From NCBI GenBank assembly GCA_012295275.1, contig CM022671.1:13330001-13394000 (forward strand): a DNA stretch of 64,000 nucleotides, read 5' to 3'. A program made the position numbers and the translations under genes. The stretch comes from Chrysomallon squamiferum (taxonomy: Eukaryota; Animalia; Mollusca). This document shows positions 12,103 through 24,800 of the stretch, piece after piece; position 1 is the stretch's first letter; each line of letters opens with the position of its first letter. A model generated the notes under the pieces. It saw only the letters and a list, made by a program, of their open reading frames with translations. It ran no database searches and had not been told where the DNA came from.

Positions 12103-15100
12103 CATCTTTCCACTGGTTACTCTAATGAACTGACAGAAGACCTCCGTGCTAACAAGAATTTCATGAAATGGTTAATCTCAGGGATTATTATTATTATTAT
12201 TTTATTTTTTTTTGTCATCAGTTATGTAGAAATGTAGACAATAATTTTTTATCAATATTTCCATTAAAAAAATAGAAATAAAACAAGTTTAAAAATGAAT
12301 TCATTTTCAATAATTTGCTATCTTTATAAATAATCCAATCAAAGACATTTATTATACATATATATTTTTTAAAATTCTAATCTTCTGTACAGTTGTGTGA
12401 TAAATTTGTACATTTTTGTTTTATCATGATCTATGGGATCAAAAATCCTGAAGTATTATGTATTGTTCAACAAATAAGGTATTTTTAAAAATGTGTTACT
12501 GTTATGGACGTTGGCACCATTATGAGAACATTGTCTGTATTGTCATTTTCAGTACATCATCATCCCATTTCTTCATATATGCTGTGTATTATCAAGCAAT
12601 ATAAACTTTCAGAGCAGCTTTCATGGATCTCATCATGTATTGTTAAATGTATTATTTTTCTTGATTACATACAGGGGGACATCTAAATTGGGGACATCAA
12701 ATATATTTTTTCTTACTGTTAATACAAACATGTTTTCCTAAAAAAGAAATGATAGATCAACACAAGTCTGATAACTTAGTTGTAGGGATATGTTTGAAAA
12801 ATTAAAAATCTTTCAACAAATTTAGAATGTAGTCACATGCAATATATATGTGCACATTGATAGTTTTAATGGGGGGAATAACCTTTATTTATTTTAAAAA
12901 AAATAAGGAATGTTTATCTACGTATTTTTAAAAGTTTGTTCAACTAAGTTGCACATTTTTTGTTGCAAATAAAGATTAATTATAATTAATGTAATAAGAA
13001 TGTACATAGCACTGTTCTTGATTCATTACGTATGAAAAATCTAGCAACTGTGAAGTTTGTGATGCTAAGATGTATTTTTAGTGCTGTTTGTATAGAAATG
13101 AAATAAGACTGAAATAATTGTTCCACATTGTAATGGTATAGCCATATCAACATTTTATGTGATTTATCTTCTCAAATGCAGGTCCTGATAATATAACATA
13201 GAATTAACTGTTAAAAATTTCTTTGATTAATGCATTATTTTAGTTAAGGTAGTGCTATAAATATTTCCCCTGTTTTTTATTTATTAAAAAGACAATTTAC
13301 ATTGCATTATTGCTGCACCAAAAATATGGACTCAGTTACATATATTTAATGTCATATATTATACATTTACCACAATTAATGAAATCACTGGTTTATTTAT
13401 ATAAAACAAAATAAATGCTGTATAAAATTAAAATCTATTGGTATGTTTCCAGTTTCAAATTGTAAAAATATTTCTTAAACATTTAATGGCTTTTTGTCTT
13501 TTATTTTATTTATTTTATAACCTTTGTGTGTGTGTGTGTGTATATATATATGTATATATATATATGTATAACCTACATCAGAGGTCATGTAATACATTTA
13601 TCAGTTCCCATCAGTGATTTTATTATATTTGTTATCTTCATCAGTTTTTTTATATAGCAAAGTAAAATGCAACTATCATATTTTCGTAAAGGTTAACTAA
13701 AATGAAATAAACTGTTGAAACAGTTTTCATTTTTACTATCAAAGAAGTGCATTTTACACACACACATTAAAATACTATTATCAAGTCTGTCAGTTAAGGG
13801 GACAATTAAGGGGACAGCAAGGCAAACAATTAAATAAACAATTTTATTTTTGTTTTTACATCGTTTAGAAAATGTACATAAAATTTTTTACTTTTTCAAA
13901 TAATTGTTTCAGGTTTTTGAAAAAGGAAGTGCATATACACAGATTACATTATAATGATGCATAATAAGTGGAAATATGGTTTATATAACTTTAAAAAAAA
14001 AAAAAAAAAAAATTAATGTTATTTTTGGGAAGATATTTCATGAAAGCTATTTGTGCTAGTTTCCAAATTTGGTATATATGTATATATTTAAAAACAAACA
14101 TTAAAAAATGACTAAGAAAATTAACTGTTCTTTTCACATAATCTTTATACAACTTTCTGTTGAACGAAAAAAATATATATATATATTTTTTTTAAATTAT
14201 TTCTTTTGAAGTGTGATAACAAAGACTAACATCTTACTGTTATTTTGTTGGTGTCTGTGGTGAACCCCAGCAGTTTTAATGATACATATATTTTGGTTTT
14301 GGTTGGAGAGGTTCATGAAAGGGGTACAATAATGTTAAAAAAAGTCAAAAATAAAAGTATGTATTTGTCATATTAAATATATTATTTCAGGATGTTCAAA
14401 TTTATGTTAAGTGCTATGAATTTATGATCCAGTTAAATTATCAAATTTGTGAGGTATTTTATCCAAACATTTTAATGTGTAATTTTATACTTTAAAGAGC
14501 TGATCAAACAGAATTAAAAACCTAAAAAAAAAAAAAAAAAAAAAAATCTTTCACTGGTACTGATGAAACTGAAGTTATATTTTAAGAGAGGTAATAAAAC
14601 CTTTACTTTTTTTTTTAATTACTAATTTTTGTTAAGCACAATTAAACTTTTTCAAGATTGTTATTTTAATCCTATTGAGAATAAAATTTTCTTTATTTTC
14701 ATTATGTGTAAATTACAATACATTTACTACAGTCATGTCTGAACAGCAGTGCACTATGGCTAAACATAGGTTTATACTAGCCTAGCATGGCCAGCAGGTA
14801 CTTCGCAACTATTTTCTGTCTTTATTTTATTTAGTTTTTGCAGTATTAAACACATTATAGTGCAGGTTTGCTAAAATAGAATGTACAAACATGTTTTAAA
14901 ATTGAGATACTCAGTACTATGCATACAATAATAATTTTGTATTCTATAAACAGATTGGTTGGATTGAAACATTAACATTCAAAAAAGTAAATAATTATAT
15001 ATATAATTGTTTTTATTTTTATTTTTTGGGGTACTAAAACTAGTGCATAATGATTTTATGAATTTAAATTTTGTTTTGAAGAGGAATAAAAAAAAATTAT

Positions 15101-16033
15101 AATTGCACAAGATACATAATTTGATTATTTTTTTAATTTTTATTATCAAATAAGCACCTAATAGTAGACAGAATACAAAAGATTGTATTTACACATATGG
15201 GTGTCAATTGGAAGTCACATCTACAAAATAGTTATTAAATAACCATTTCATATTGTCTGCACCAACAAAGTTTATGCATAAACACATGTAATGGCTTTAA
15301 GGAAGTCTACTTTATCCTCCCCATAGACAGGATTTGAAATTTAATACAGGTTGAAAATCCTTTATCTGAAAATTCTAAGCATTTAATGCCTTGAAACATG
15401 TTCTTTCCTTTAGGAATTAAAATAAAATTTGGTCAGTACAAATTAAACTTTATAACAAAATGAAAAAATATGTTAAATATATATTAGCTTATGCAAATAT
15501 ATGAAAAGCGTAACATGTAAATACTGTAAATGGCATTAGCAAGAAGTTACTGGTATAGCTATTAAAAAAAGAAATCATCTAAAATTATAATTTCTACACT
15601 AGGCATATAAAAACATTTAACAAAAGGTTTTTTAACAAAATGGAATAAAATGGCAATATAAAAATATTAATCTTCAATATAATTAAATGATTTCATACAA
15701 TACATATAGTATTTTTAGCATTCATCACTCTTTCTCACTTCAATTTTTAAATTTCATAAAAAATTCAGTTGTTTTTATATACTTCCAAGAGACCATTTTA
15801 TTTAATTATGTTAATCAGTCAGTAAAATATGTCAACTTTAGAAGCAAGCTAACCAGCAAAGAAGTTAGAATTACAAGGCAACTTTCATTACATTATAGTT
15901 GATGGTCATGCATCAAATCCTAAGCTGCCCTAGAATAAAAATTACCATCCCACCCTTCAAACATCTGAGGAACAAAAAACAAAAAAAGCAATAAAAAAAA
16001 ATAGGGTGACTTAGATGAAAAAGTCAAAGACAT

Positions 16034-16666
16034 TTAAATTAACATGGTTTGTCCAGTTAGCAAAGATGAAATAATAATTAGAAGAGATCCAAAAAGGATC
16101 CAATCAGAAGAATCTGTTTTAAGTCCAGAATTTGGAAGCGTATAGTTTGCGCAGAAGCCAGGGCTGACATTTCCAGGACATTTGTCTTCAGTGGCATCAG
16201 TTGGAGATGTCCAGTTAGCAAGCTGGCAAATTCTTTTCACAATGAAGAAATTATCATCAATTGCATTGAAAACCGCTGTCTGCCCCCTGGTGGTTTCGTG
16301 GAAAGTGTAGTTTCCATTTGGTGTTCGTTTCAACCCCACAATGACTGTTTTGTTTTTGCTGCTTTCTGGTAGTTTGGAGACCGTGCAGGCAGAAGAAGGT
16401 GCATTTTGGATGATGATATTCTCCATTATTGGTTTACCATCTGATTTAAAGATGCAGAAGACTTTAAAGGCATGGACAACAGTTTGTGTTCTGTTAGCCT
16501 CAGCTGGTATTTCTGGGTCACTTAAATGTACCCCGTACACCAAGATGTTTGAACGCACCATTCGCTCTTCCATGGTTTTCTTTTCAGATTCTCCAGTGAT
16601 GCATTCACTACTGACGCCATAAGCGCAAGCAATCATTAAGCATGCTAAAATTTTCCAGCAAGGCAT
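16034..16666 (-). CDS. Secreted, probably GPI-anchored, NtA (agrin N-terminal)/TIMP-like domain protein, 210 aa, single coding exon
   Basis: Signal peptide MPCWKILACLMIACAYGVSS, then C..TMEERMVRSNILVYG..FKVFCIFK..IIIQNAPSSAC, resembling the agrin NtA pattern. Several N-glycosylation sequons (NRT, NKT, NYT, NWT, NVS). C-terminus is PNSG, a spacer and a hydrophobic tail. Acceptor ttcttttcag precedes 16690; a likely 5'UTR exon has a CAG|gtaaga donor at 19764. The fold call is inferred from the motif pattern only. Confidence 0.75.
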   Translation of the reverse strand: MPCWKILACLMIACAYGVSSECITGESEKKTMEERMVRSNILVYGVHLSDPEIPAEANRTQTVVHAFKVFCIFKSDGKPIMENIIIQNAPSSACTVSKLPESSKNKTVIVGLKRTPNGNYTFHETTRGQTAVFNAIDDNFFIVKRICQLANWTSPTDATEDKCPGNVSPGFCANYTLPNSGLKTDSSDWILFGSLLIIISSLLTGQTMLI

Positions 16667-17861
16667 TCTGGTTTTTGCAAATGTTTTCTCCTGAAAAGAA
16701 TAAAATCTTTAAAATGAATCCATTTATAGTATAATTTTAGAGTAGAAAAAAACTTTATCCACTCTTTTCATTTTTGTTACTCATCATCGGATAGAACATA
16801 TGTGCACACATAACATTTGACAATGCAGCATAAATAACAATTATTATTTAAATTCATTAATAGCAAGGAATGTTCTATTTGGATCATTCCATTAACAGGA
16901 AACAAAACCCACCTGACATGACCTGTGAGTAACTGAAGCACAATTTAAGATCAATCTAGCTACAACTACTTATAAACAAATTACAATCTACCTGTAAATG
17001 ACTGTCATTAAGCTTTATAGGTGTGATTTATAATTTTTTGTCAAGATTGAATTGTCAAGTCTTGCTTTAATTAACATCATTCTTTTTTTTTCTTTTTTTT
17101 AAATTTGTTATACTTTTTTTTTAAAGGAAAATTTCCTGTAAATCAGTTGATGCCACTTACTTACAGTTAGCTGTGGTAATAAAGGTTTTCCCACTTTATA
17201 TTTTGAAAAAAAAAAAAATTTTACAATATTTTATTTGAAAAGATAAAAAAATAATAATAAAAAGGTCCAACTTGGCATGGAATCATTGTAACAAACAGTG
17301 CTTATGGTTATAAATTAGTGAAAAGCAACATTAATTCTTTTGTGATTTAGAAATAAAATATTGATGGGGAATTTACATTAATAATATGAAATCTCTGGAC
17401 CAGAAATAATTACAGAAAATACTACACCAAATAATTGTTTTGAAATGGAACACCAATCAATATCATCTCCAATAGGCTGTTAAAAAACTGCATGACTCAT
17501 TTCTTGAGTTATGGTCATATTAATGGATACATTCTGCATTTAGTTAAAACAAAATTCAGTGGATAACAATAATGATTTGAAACAGAATTTAACCCACAGA
17601 TGTCTTTATTTTTTAATAGAAAATGTGTACTATCGACTGGGATGTTACAGCTATGAGAGAAAAAAAAAAAAGTAAAATAAATAAATTAAAAAAGTAAACT
17701 TCGAAAAATAAATGAAAGAAAAAAATCACTAAAGTGTCATCCTTTTGAAATTCTTCCACACTTCTGTTAAATAACCTTGACTTTTATCTGCCATAAAATG
17801 TCTTTGTTTTAGTAAACTGTTGACATTTCTAGTACAGAATTGCTGTGATAAAACAACAACA

Positions 17862-17892
<31 letters not shown>

Positions 17893-19711
17893 TCATAACA
17901 AACAAGTGATAACACAATGAACAGTAAGCCTATCTCCCCTCGAACCAAGAATATATAGCTTAACAATGCACCCGTAAACATCAATGACCATCATAAACAT
18001 GAATTACAGATTGTAATTCCTTTCTAGTTTAAAAATGATGCCCTGAGGTCAGCATGTCTCATTTCAGCCATGATTACATATTGCTCTTCCTGGTTTTATG
18101 ATTAGTTTTTAAATCATGAGATTAATCTGTTGCCCCAAGCAGACCTTACAACACCTCTGTGTCTTCAGCATCTCATGAGTCCTCAAGTCACTGGAGATTA
18201 GTCTATAATGGTCCACCGACTCACTGACTCACTCTCTCTCTCAAGCACACTCTGTTTCCTGCCAACACAGCTCTGTACATAACAGCAAATGGTGGATGAA
18301 ATGTTCATGTTCACTTTATACTTTCTTCTCCATTTTGGAAAATACCTATTCATAATTTAATATTATGCCAATAAATTATGTCTGCAGATTATGATACCAG
18401 TCTGTCAGTTTATAATGTTTTTCATTAAAAATCAAGTGTCTTGCCTGTAAGCAAGGATGTTGTATTTTCAGACACCTACTCTGAAACGTGTAAAGACTGA
18501 GTAGTTTATGTTATTTTCTGATAAATATGTGTGTTTGTGTAAAATGTTTTATCAGTATCATTTTACACTAAAGTAACAAGAAATCCTCAACAAACAACAG
18601 TACATTGTGGTACATGTATACATTTGACAGATTTTTGCTGTATATATCTATATCTATGAAACAGGAAAACAAACAGAAAATAAATAATAGATAACAACAC
18701 CTTATGTATTTCTTATACAGATAATCATTAATAATAAAGCAATTCACAATTAATACATGATAAAGCTCTGACATCTTTTGAAAAACCACACAAATGTTTC
18801 TATAAAATGCTGGTTTATTAAAAGCCCAAAACACATCTCAGTATTTTATTCACATACATTAAAGTAAAGAAAAATAAAAAAAAATGTATTTACAATGGTG
18901 AAATATTTTATTTTTAAGTATAATAAAACGTACTTTATGAAATCTAAACTCACTTTATGCAAATGATTAATATTTTTATTAAATCACTTCAAAAGAAAAA
19001 CTGTCTGTGGCTGAAGTAACAATATACTCAGAAATAATTTATATAAAATAGATACATGGATCAAAATCAACAGTTTTTATTTTGTTGAAATACTACCAAT
19101 TTCAACAGGTTTAAAAAATAAATAAATAAATAAATAAATAGACCACTATTGTGAAAACTTAATATTTCACCAGAGCTTATGTTCAACACTGGTTTGCAGT
19201 TATCTTTTTGCCAGCGTTCATATCCTTTGTATTTAATTAAAATGGCAAAAGATTACTACTTTTCAAAATGAGTGAACAAACACTCAAAAATTATTTTAAA
19301 AAAATATAAACAATAAAAATATAAATTTCCTGTGCGCTTAATGTCGTGTTACCTCATCATGGTTAACGTCATTTATTTCCTGTCTTTATACACCTGAATT
19401 CAATAAACCAAACAAAGGAAACAGTGATAATCAATGAGTTATTACAATAAGGTCAGATGCGCAAACAATACATTACATATTTAGCTAAGTTTCAATATTC
19501 ACCCTCATATTTAAATTTATTTTCGTTTAAAGTGGAGCATCGGCCAGGATTCAATGAATCGGTAACTCGGACATCAAAGCATCTTGAAATAAAATCACTA
19601 CCAATAACACTCTTTGGATATAAAATGCATTAAATTATTACTCTTGCGATTACAAAAGCATAGAGTACAATACTGAAAAATGAAAAACAAAAGTGAAAAA
19701 AAAATTAAATA

Positions 19712-19748
<37 letters not shown>

Positions 19749-19841
19749 TATCTCCAGTCTTACCTGCACTGATATAGACGCTTCGATACCGCTTGGCGCA
19801 CAAAAAGCATGTCACAAAGTTAAGCGAAGAAGAGGTCAAAA

Positions 19842-19853
19842 TACGTCACTTCC
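19842..19853. promoter_or_regulatory. ETS/CRE composite motif in the putative promoter of the NtA-like gene
   Basis: TACGTCACTTCC, identical to the 12-mer at 7218, about 80 bp upstream of the minus-strand donor at 19764. Confidence 0.45.
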
Positions 19854-21219
19854 ATGTAATGTCTATTTCATATCTCACGTTTTCTTTGGACAGGTAATAA
19901 ACATCTTAGTCACTCTGTGTCAATTTTACCGGTAATTTTTTTTTTTTTTTTTTTTTTTTTTAAATATGCCGTCTCTCTCTTTCTATGTAAAATAACTATT
20001 TATTACCTTTGTTTTCTTCAGATTCTGGAAGTTACTTTTTTAAAATGTTTTGTTTTTATCAACAACAATGAAAAAAGTAACAATAATATTTAAATGAGGT
20101 AAGTCATAGTGATCAGTGTTATATATTTATTCATATGTCATATGCATAAATGTGAATTGTATCTATTGGTTAATTTATTATTGTTATCATCAATGTTTAA
20201 TAAGATGGTCTGCATGATGTTGAACTTTGGTATCAGTAATATCTTATTATTATCTCCCCATTAATATAATAAATAAATAAATAAATGAAACAAAGAGGTA
20301 ATTTTAAACAGATAACATATTTTGTTTGAATTAATCTCTGTATTTTGCAGGTGTTGGTTTGCTATCATACACGTTACACTGCTGATTACCTCTTGCACAC
20401 AATCATCTTGGGCAGCCATTTGTACATATATTAGAAAACAAGAGTTTTCTGTTTCAGATTATTAACAATCATTATTAAACACACATCCAAATGAAAATTA
20501 TGCATATGTTAAAATGCTAGTGCTGCATATTGTTAAACAAAACTAACATTCAACTTATTTATGCAAATGAAAATCTTCACAAGTATGTTGTATGAGTATA
20601 TTGTACCTATATATTATTATTATTATCCCCAGTGGATTATTTCCTGCAATAGCTTTATTTTTATTACAATCTTTTCTGTTCGTAGTTTAATTATTCATTG
20701 CTATTCGAAAACATCTAGTGTAATTTTCAAATTCATTAAAAAAAACACTATTTTTCTTTAATTTTTACAGAGATCATTTTATAGACATTTGAGTAATTCT
20801 TATTTAAAAATAAAATAAAATTAAATAAAATTAATTAAAATAAATAAATAAAAAACAAACCCAAAACCCATAATATAAAAATAAATAATAATAATTCCTA
20901 TTTACTGAAGGCTATGAAAAGAGGTTTCCTTATATTAATAAATGGACAGTTAATATAAAATATATCTACTTGTTAATCAGCAAAGAAGTGATAGCAAGTT
21001 TCTCCTTTCATGTTGCAAGAGTATAATCCTAAAGCCACACATATATCAAAGGGTAATCATATCATAGCCCTTAATAAAACCAGTCATCAATCACTGGCAA
21101 GTGAAATAAATGAAAACAATAGAAACACTGACAATTTATGCATGGCCCATTTGAAAAGTGTTTTGCCACTCAGGTATCCTTACTTTTCTGGTGTAGATAA
21201 AACAACATACTGTATATTT

Positions 21220-21256
<37 letters not shown>

Positions 21257-21849
21257 GCGTGTGCGCTAAAGGAAGTATTAAGAAGTTAAAACCATGTTTT
21301 ATTTCTTGCAGAAAGACTCACTGAATTTTCTTTTTTTCATGCTCATGAACATCTTTTCAATGGATTTTCGGACACAATGAATAATCTAATAAAAATAAAC
21401 AAAAACCCCAGCAGTAAAAAATAGATGCACATGTCATAACACCAATCGGAAAAAAGCATCAAATAATTCTTTAAATTTCAAAAGTTCTTATTCAGCTTAA
21501 ATTCAAAGTTTAGTAGAAAATAATAAATATAAAAATCTGTCATAATTCCACTTCCCAAAATTTAATGTTAAATAGTTTTTCATTGCTCCATGCAAATAAT
21601 CAAAATGAATCTCTAATTTTTGAAAACAGTATACTCTTACAGACTAGAAATACCATTATGTATATTAACAATATACACAGTATCAATATAGAGTATAGGA
21701 ACAATGACAATTTGTTACTGTAATGTATACAAACAAAAACAATACTGTAAAGTAACAGATATCTTTATTTTCAACAGCTGATCCACTATGAGTGAGGGAT
21801 GGAATGAACACTGATCTTACATGATTAAAACATCTATAAAGCACCATCA

Positions 21850-24800
21850 TCACAATTCCATTTTAGGCAATGCAATTGGTGGTACAGTGTCTTTACTATA
21901 GTTTTTATCATCATCATCATCATCATCATCATTATCATCATCATCTTTGTTTTCATCTTCTTCTTTAATAAAATTTTCTTTCATTATTTCTTCCTTAGGC
22001 TCCTCTAAAAAAACAAATATTTAAAAGTATTTAAGTGGTATTGCTTATAGATTTTTCAAATATTTATTTCATATTACTGGTAATTAAATATGATTCATTT
22101 CAGTAATTGATAAGTATGCCTATAAATGTGATTTGTTATTTTTGATTATTCAAAGATGAATATGTAATATATTCATCAATATTTGAACTACATATCATTT
22201 TGTCGTGTCAATCATGCTAAGTTAGCAAAAATTTGTTTTCATACACCCCAAACCCATATACACAAACACTCACATGCACAAACACACATAATATACACCT
22301 TCTCAGGATAAACATTTATGTATCAGTGATGTAAAATCACAAGTCAAGAAAAAAATATTTTTAAATTTTTTTGGGGGTTAGCTGCTGAAGTGGATCATTT
22401 CGAGGCATTAACAAAAATACATCACTTAAAAAGAAATGATGTAAAGAATAAGTCAGGGAAAAGAAATTTCAAGCAAATAACATTAATTTTGTTGTAAGAA
22501 AAGTCAGATTCACTATTTAATCAATGAAAAAATATTTCTCCGAGATGCCAAAAACATATTTATCAAAATGTACAAATTCATACCAAAAAAATCAAGTTCT
22601 CATCAACATTAGTTTTACGACAGGAAAGGGAAAATTCCAACACTGATCTAAATATTTCTTTAAAGGACAAAAACACTACAGGTGTAAAATTCATTACTGA
22701 ATCATTCTCTGAGACAAACAACATTTTGAAGGCCATACACTACTAATTAAAATGGATTAATTTAGAATCAAACAAACATTATTTATTTTTATTTTTAATG
22801 TATAAAGCTATGTTAATTAATAAATGTGTCATAAAGAAATTATATTTCTTTTAATAATTAAATGAAAATGAACTGATGCAGTAACACACTGAAACAAATG
22901 CAGAGGGATTAAAATGAAAAACCAACAAAATCAGCAAAATAATGAATGTAAATTTCATCTGTAAACTGCCTTTTTCGTACAAGGTTCTAATATTATTCAC
23001 ATACAATAAAAATCAGTTATAAATAGTATGTTACTAAATATTTAAAAGTAAACAAAGATGTATCAATATGTATATCAAAAGTAATGAAAACAACACTAGC
23101 AAGGTTTTTAAAGCAGTTTCATGGAGAATGCAAGTATTTCTAATCTTTATTATTTTGCCACTGACAATATCTGTATTATTTGTTTTCCAAATGTTGAAAA
23201 CATATTAACGTAATATGACTGGCATTGAAAATGTACCCTTGTGGTCAGCTTCTTGATGATGAGGGGTGTATGTAACTGACATGTGGATTATAGCCATCCC
23301 ACTGGATAAATGTCTTTTTCTGCACATGCAATATGACTTATTTATCAAAGAATGTATTATATGTCTCTTGGAATGAAAATAATGTTCATGTCCATTCACT
23401 AATTCATTTATAATATTTATTTTATTATTTATTATTATTTTTTAATACATTACATCTTTATAAACAATGTAAAATCATACAAGTGAAAATTTGACCAAAT
23501 ATTTTGGTATAAAGAAGACATAATAATATGCAAAACACCACAAAATTGATAATAGTGTATACATTAGTGACTGTACAACAGAATAACTAGTCAGAAGCAG
23601 TAAAATGCAAAAAAATAAATAAATAAATAAAACATACCCCCCAAAAAACAGCTAAAAGGTCTAACAAAAATAAATATACAAAAGTAAATTAAGATGCAAT
23701 TATTATTTCTCTGTTTTGTTTTCTCAGTGGAAGGCTACTTATTATAAATTGAGTATCAAAAAAACAAAACAAAATTCAGCCTTAAGAAATGTTAAAAAAT
23801 AATTTAAAAATAGTTCTAATACTGTCATGTACTTGCACTATCCCCACTGTTTTAAATTTTATAGAAATGTATAAGAAAAAATACAGTTTAACCATTTTAA
23901 AAAAGTTTTTACTGAAATAAAAAAGAAACTGTCTCACTCAGTCTGAGTTAATGAAATAAAGTTTGTAAAAGAATTTCCAGAAATATAAAAATACTATATT
24001 TTTAAAAAAGAAAAAAAGTGCAGACTAAAAAGAAAAATAAATTAAAATTTTCGCTTTTATGAAAGTAAACTGAACAGTAATGAAAGTTGATGTTAAGACT
24101 TTTCAAACTGTGAGGCATACCAGAAAACATAAACTGTTAACAGAACAGAAAGGGAACTGATGATAAGCTTATTTCCATTTGAAATAGAAAAGCTAAAAGC
24201 AAATAAAACAATTGTAACAATATATATCATTAGGCTCTGTGATTCTTTTGACGTCTTCTTAGTTTTCTTCTTTTGGGGGTTTTTCAAGGGGATTTTCAAT
24301 TTTGGCTTATCTGAAATAAACCAAGGGGGAAAAGGACATAAGTATTTGGTCTGAAATTGATGGGTAATGATCTTATGTGATCTTTTGGTGATTGCAACAG
24401 AAAACCTATGTACATTTTCTTTGTTTCTACTGGTGTTGATTATTATGCAAATAATAATAATTAAAGTACGACAAAAATTTAAAAAAAACAAAAAAAACAA
24501 CCAACTCCAGTTACAAGCACTGACATTTTCTCTTTTATTGTGATTTCACTTAAGAAAAAATCATCTGAGCCTTTATTTTAATGTTCTATTTTATTATAAG
24601 CAAAACTTCCTTTACAAATATACAAAGTGACATTTTAAATTATACCACTCTTTATTAATCAGAGTAACTGTTCCTTTCTGTCCTGTTTTAACAACAATTC
24701 ATAATTTGGAGAGAAAAAGAAAAACAGGAAAGAAAATTCATAAATTAAAAAATTTAGTAATTGTTGTTCACTTTCACTAAAATTTAAATTTTTATATCTT

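Noticed and set aside
16341-16622. 93-aa plus-strand ORF
   Set aside because: Antisense shadow of the NtA-like CDS with no independent features.
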